A stretch of DNA of 64,000 nt, from the NCBI GenBank assembly GCA_013239625.1, contig MU055600.1:21465520-21529519 (forward strand), written 5' to 3'. Below the pieces are notes generated by a model. The model had not been told where the DNA came from and made no database searches. It worked only from the letters and a program-made list of their open reading frames with translations. The position numbers and the translations under genes are program-made. Position 1 is the stretch's first letter. Every line of letters starts with the position of its first letter. This DNA comes from Lama guanicoe (Eukaryota). Positions 61,421-64,000 of this stretch are shown here, in pieces.

Positions 61421-62871
61421 TTTCGCATCCTCTCGTCTGTCTCCTCACTTTCACACGTGATTAAGCTAGGCCCAGAGAAGGGAAGGGCCTCGTCCAAACT
61501 CTTACAACACCAGGACCTCAGTCTTTTGTCCATCAGACCAGTGTGCTTCTAATAGACCATGAAACTTCTCATACCCCACCATCGGCAGCAGCAGGGACTC
61601 AGCAAATGTTTGTTGAATGAATGAATTACTGACTGTGAATGGGATCAGAGGGAAGTGCTGGCAGCGTCTCGGGATAAGGGCTTGGAGGGGGGGAGGGAGG
61701 AGGGGATGGGAAGACGGGCGGGACAATGAAAAGGAACACCCACGCATTTATTCTGTTTCAGTCCACGGACACATTTCAGCACAAAAGGCTTTACTGAACT
61801 CCAGGCTCTCTGCGGATAAACCTCACTTGTCACTATGTCCAGAAACAATAAATACCCAAAGCGCAGAAAGCTTTTTGAAGTTTATTATAAAACTAACTGA
61901 GAGGGCTCTGCAGAGATCTTGAGTGCCAAATCCAGTCAGGGACTGTGGCTGGGGGGAGGCGGGTTTCGGCGTCTCGGAACTGCAGCCTGATTCTCCGCAG
62001 AACAAGAGGATTTGAAAGGCTGTCACAGGACAGTCAGAAAGCACAGCCATTCCAGCCTCTGAACTCACATCCGCTTAAGAGGCGCAAGGCCTGTGCCTGG
62101 TGGCGGAGGGGGCAGGGTGGACGGTCAGGCGGCCCGGGGCCAAGGCTGCCCACCCCGTGGCCTTGTGGTATCAGGCAACTGCTTCCTCGAGCTTCCGCAG
62201 GGACCCTCAGAGGCGGACGAGAGGTGACTGTCAGCCGGACGGACGGGGAAGCCACTGGCTCTGCTGTCTGCCTCCCGCAGGTCCGTGGCCGTCAGGGAGC
62301 AGAGAGAGAGGCACCCACTTGCATTTTCCTCCTAAACAAGGCTGTCGGTGCTCTGGCGCTGCCCCCACCCTTCCCCACAGCAGGGGCATCAGTGGTGCTG
62401 CCAGCGTCACCCACCGCTTTAGCTTCTGACTGTGCAGCAGGTGGAACAGCGCCTTCCTGCCCTGTTACTTTCACTTCCCTGCTCTCTGGCCCGGCAGAGC
62501 GTCTTCTCCACACATGCATGTTGGTCAGCCATTCGCCAGTTGCTCTCCCGGGACCCAGCCCCTTGGCTTCCCCACGGATCTGTAGCCCCTCCAGGCGGAC
62601 CTGTCCAGCTGGAGTAAAGTAGAATTCTCCCCTCCACCGTTCTGCACTCTGCTTCTCTTCATCCAGCCTCATGATTGGATGACCCAGCAGAGGGGATGCA
62701 GAGAGATGGGGAGCTGCGACCTCATGCAGGCACCGTGCACAGTGAGCTCAGATTTGAGAGCCTCAGAGAAGGTGCTCACAGACTCTCCTCTGAGCCAGAG
62801 GGTGCACAGAGGCATAAACTCTCGGCACCCACACGGAGGTCAGCCAGGTCCACTCAGGTCAGACCTGTGAG

Positions 62872-63048
62872 CAGGGCCAGGACGAGGGGGGGCAAGGGAG
62901 GCACACAGGGTGCAAGGTTTCAGGAGGCGCTCCCTCTCTGGGACCTTCCTGCACCTGCACCTGCACCTGCACCTGCACCGCCCTGGGGAGAACACGTCCC
63001 GAAATTCTGCACTGGGCGCCTTTGTTTGCCTCGCCTAGTCCCGCCCAG
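62872..63048. mobile_element. MER96-type palindromic hAT-Tip100 MITE with an internal (CCTGCA)5 repeat
   Basis: cagggccaggacgaggg...gcaagggaggcac...gggtgcaaggtttcaggaggcgctccctctc, mirrored by aaattctgcactgggcgcct...ttgcctcgcctagtcccgccc. Confidence 0.8.
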
Positions 63049-63221
63049 CCGGAGACAGGGATGGGGGCCCAGCAGAAAGGACAGTCCCTCTGTCTAGGAG
63101 CGTCTGCGTGAGAAGGAAGTGCTGGCTGGGGCAGGAGCCCCCAGGCCCGCCTTTGTGGCTCTCTACCCAGTGTGTCTGCCCAGTCGTTCTCACTGAGCCT
63201 TCTCACTCTTCCTGACGTCCT

Positions 63222-63690
63222 GAGTCAGTCAGCAGGAAGCAGGAACCAGTGTAGCTTTTTAAACAGAAAGGGGCTTAATACTGGAATAAAAAAAAGGAAG
63301 GGCAGGGGAGCCCCAGACTCTTGCCTGAGCCTGCAGGAAGGCCTCCCTGACACTGCAGAGCTGACCCTCCAGGGCAGCTACTGCCCGTGGCCCAGCCAGG
63401 AAGGCGGGAACCAGGAACGCAGCCCCCCTGCTGCAGCCCAGGGACCCGGAGCCAAGGGACGTGGAGCCATCACCACTGCCTTTCTCTGCCCCAGTAGAGC
63501 TGGAACTTGGATGCGGAAACACTGCGGCATGTGAGCCAGCCCCACAGAGATCAGCCAAAAGCAGTAGGAAGGGAGCCTCTGCTTCACTTCTGCCTCCACG
63601 TCTCAGCTTGATGGCATCTAATTGGCACAAGTAAATTCACTATCAGGACTCTAGCTGCAAGGGAGTCTGAGAGACACGGTTTTCATCTTT
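63222..63690 (-). mobile_element. Old MaLR LTR (MLT1M/N-like)
   Basis: caggaaccagtgtagctttttaaacagaaaggggcttaatactggaat ... tctaattggcac...ctctagctgcaagggagtctgaga. Confidence 0.7.
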
Positions 63691-64000
63691 CTGAACTTTG
63701 GAGCACAGGGAGGCTCCCTAGAAGGAGGCAAAGAGGGAGGCTGAGGGCCAGTGGCTGACGCCCAGCTCAGATCCCGTATGAAAAGCCCTGCAGAGACAAG
63801 CGAGGAGGAGCGAGCGGCACTCAGCCTGACCATTCGTTAAGGATCTGGCGCTCTGCCCGGGCTCGCCTGGGCGGGGACCCGGGCGGGGACCCACCCACAG
63901 AGCTCTGCCTTCACCCGGCGGCTCACAGTGCAGTGCGAGGCCTGAGTGACCCTCCTGAACTGTCCGCTGAGCACCTGCCGCCCAGAGCAGCATGTGACTA

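Noticed and set aside
5956-63227. At least 16 AP-1 (TGASTCA) sites across the window
   Set aside because: They are dispersed rather than clustered, and TG/CA-rich heptamers are common in mammalian DNA. Enrichment cannot be claimed without a matched background.

Overview
This is GC-rich, CpG-rich mammalian non-coding DNA with two assembly gaps (4435-4670 and 53233-53374). It is probably from a camelid (alpaca, llama or camel): three tRNA-Ala-like SINEs match my recollection of the camelid Vic-1 family, and I saw no Alu, B1/B2, PRE-1 or Bov-tA/CHR elements. I recognise no protein-coding exon, RNA gene or prokaryote-type system. The many ORFs are what stop-poor, GC-rich DNA produces by chance, and the only recognisable peptides are decayed L1 ORF1/ORF2 fragments. 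The window is a mosaic of old eutherian repeats (MIR, L2, L1M, MLT1/MaLR LTRs, MER5, MER58, MER96) and younger insertions (Vic-1-like SINEs, L1 3' tails, one ERV solo LTR). Unique stretches between them look like enhancers or promoters. The best observations are: (1) a compact homeodomain element with two perfect paired-class P3 dimer sites at ~55.8 kb, sharing an exact 13-mer with an element at 39.8 kb; (2) pervasive A/T-to-G/C erosion of repeat fossils, suggesting GC-biased gene conversion; (3) an intact-looking solo LTR with octamer, CCAAT, TATA-like and polyA architecture inserted into a MIR; (4) a repeat-free CpG-island-like left end that may be a promoter for a gene outside the window. 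I did not find a convincing previously undescribed biological system. Repeat family names come from recalled consensus sequences, not a RepeatMasker run, and boundaries are approximate.
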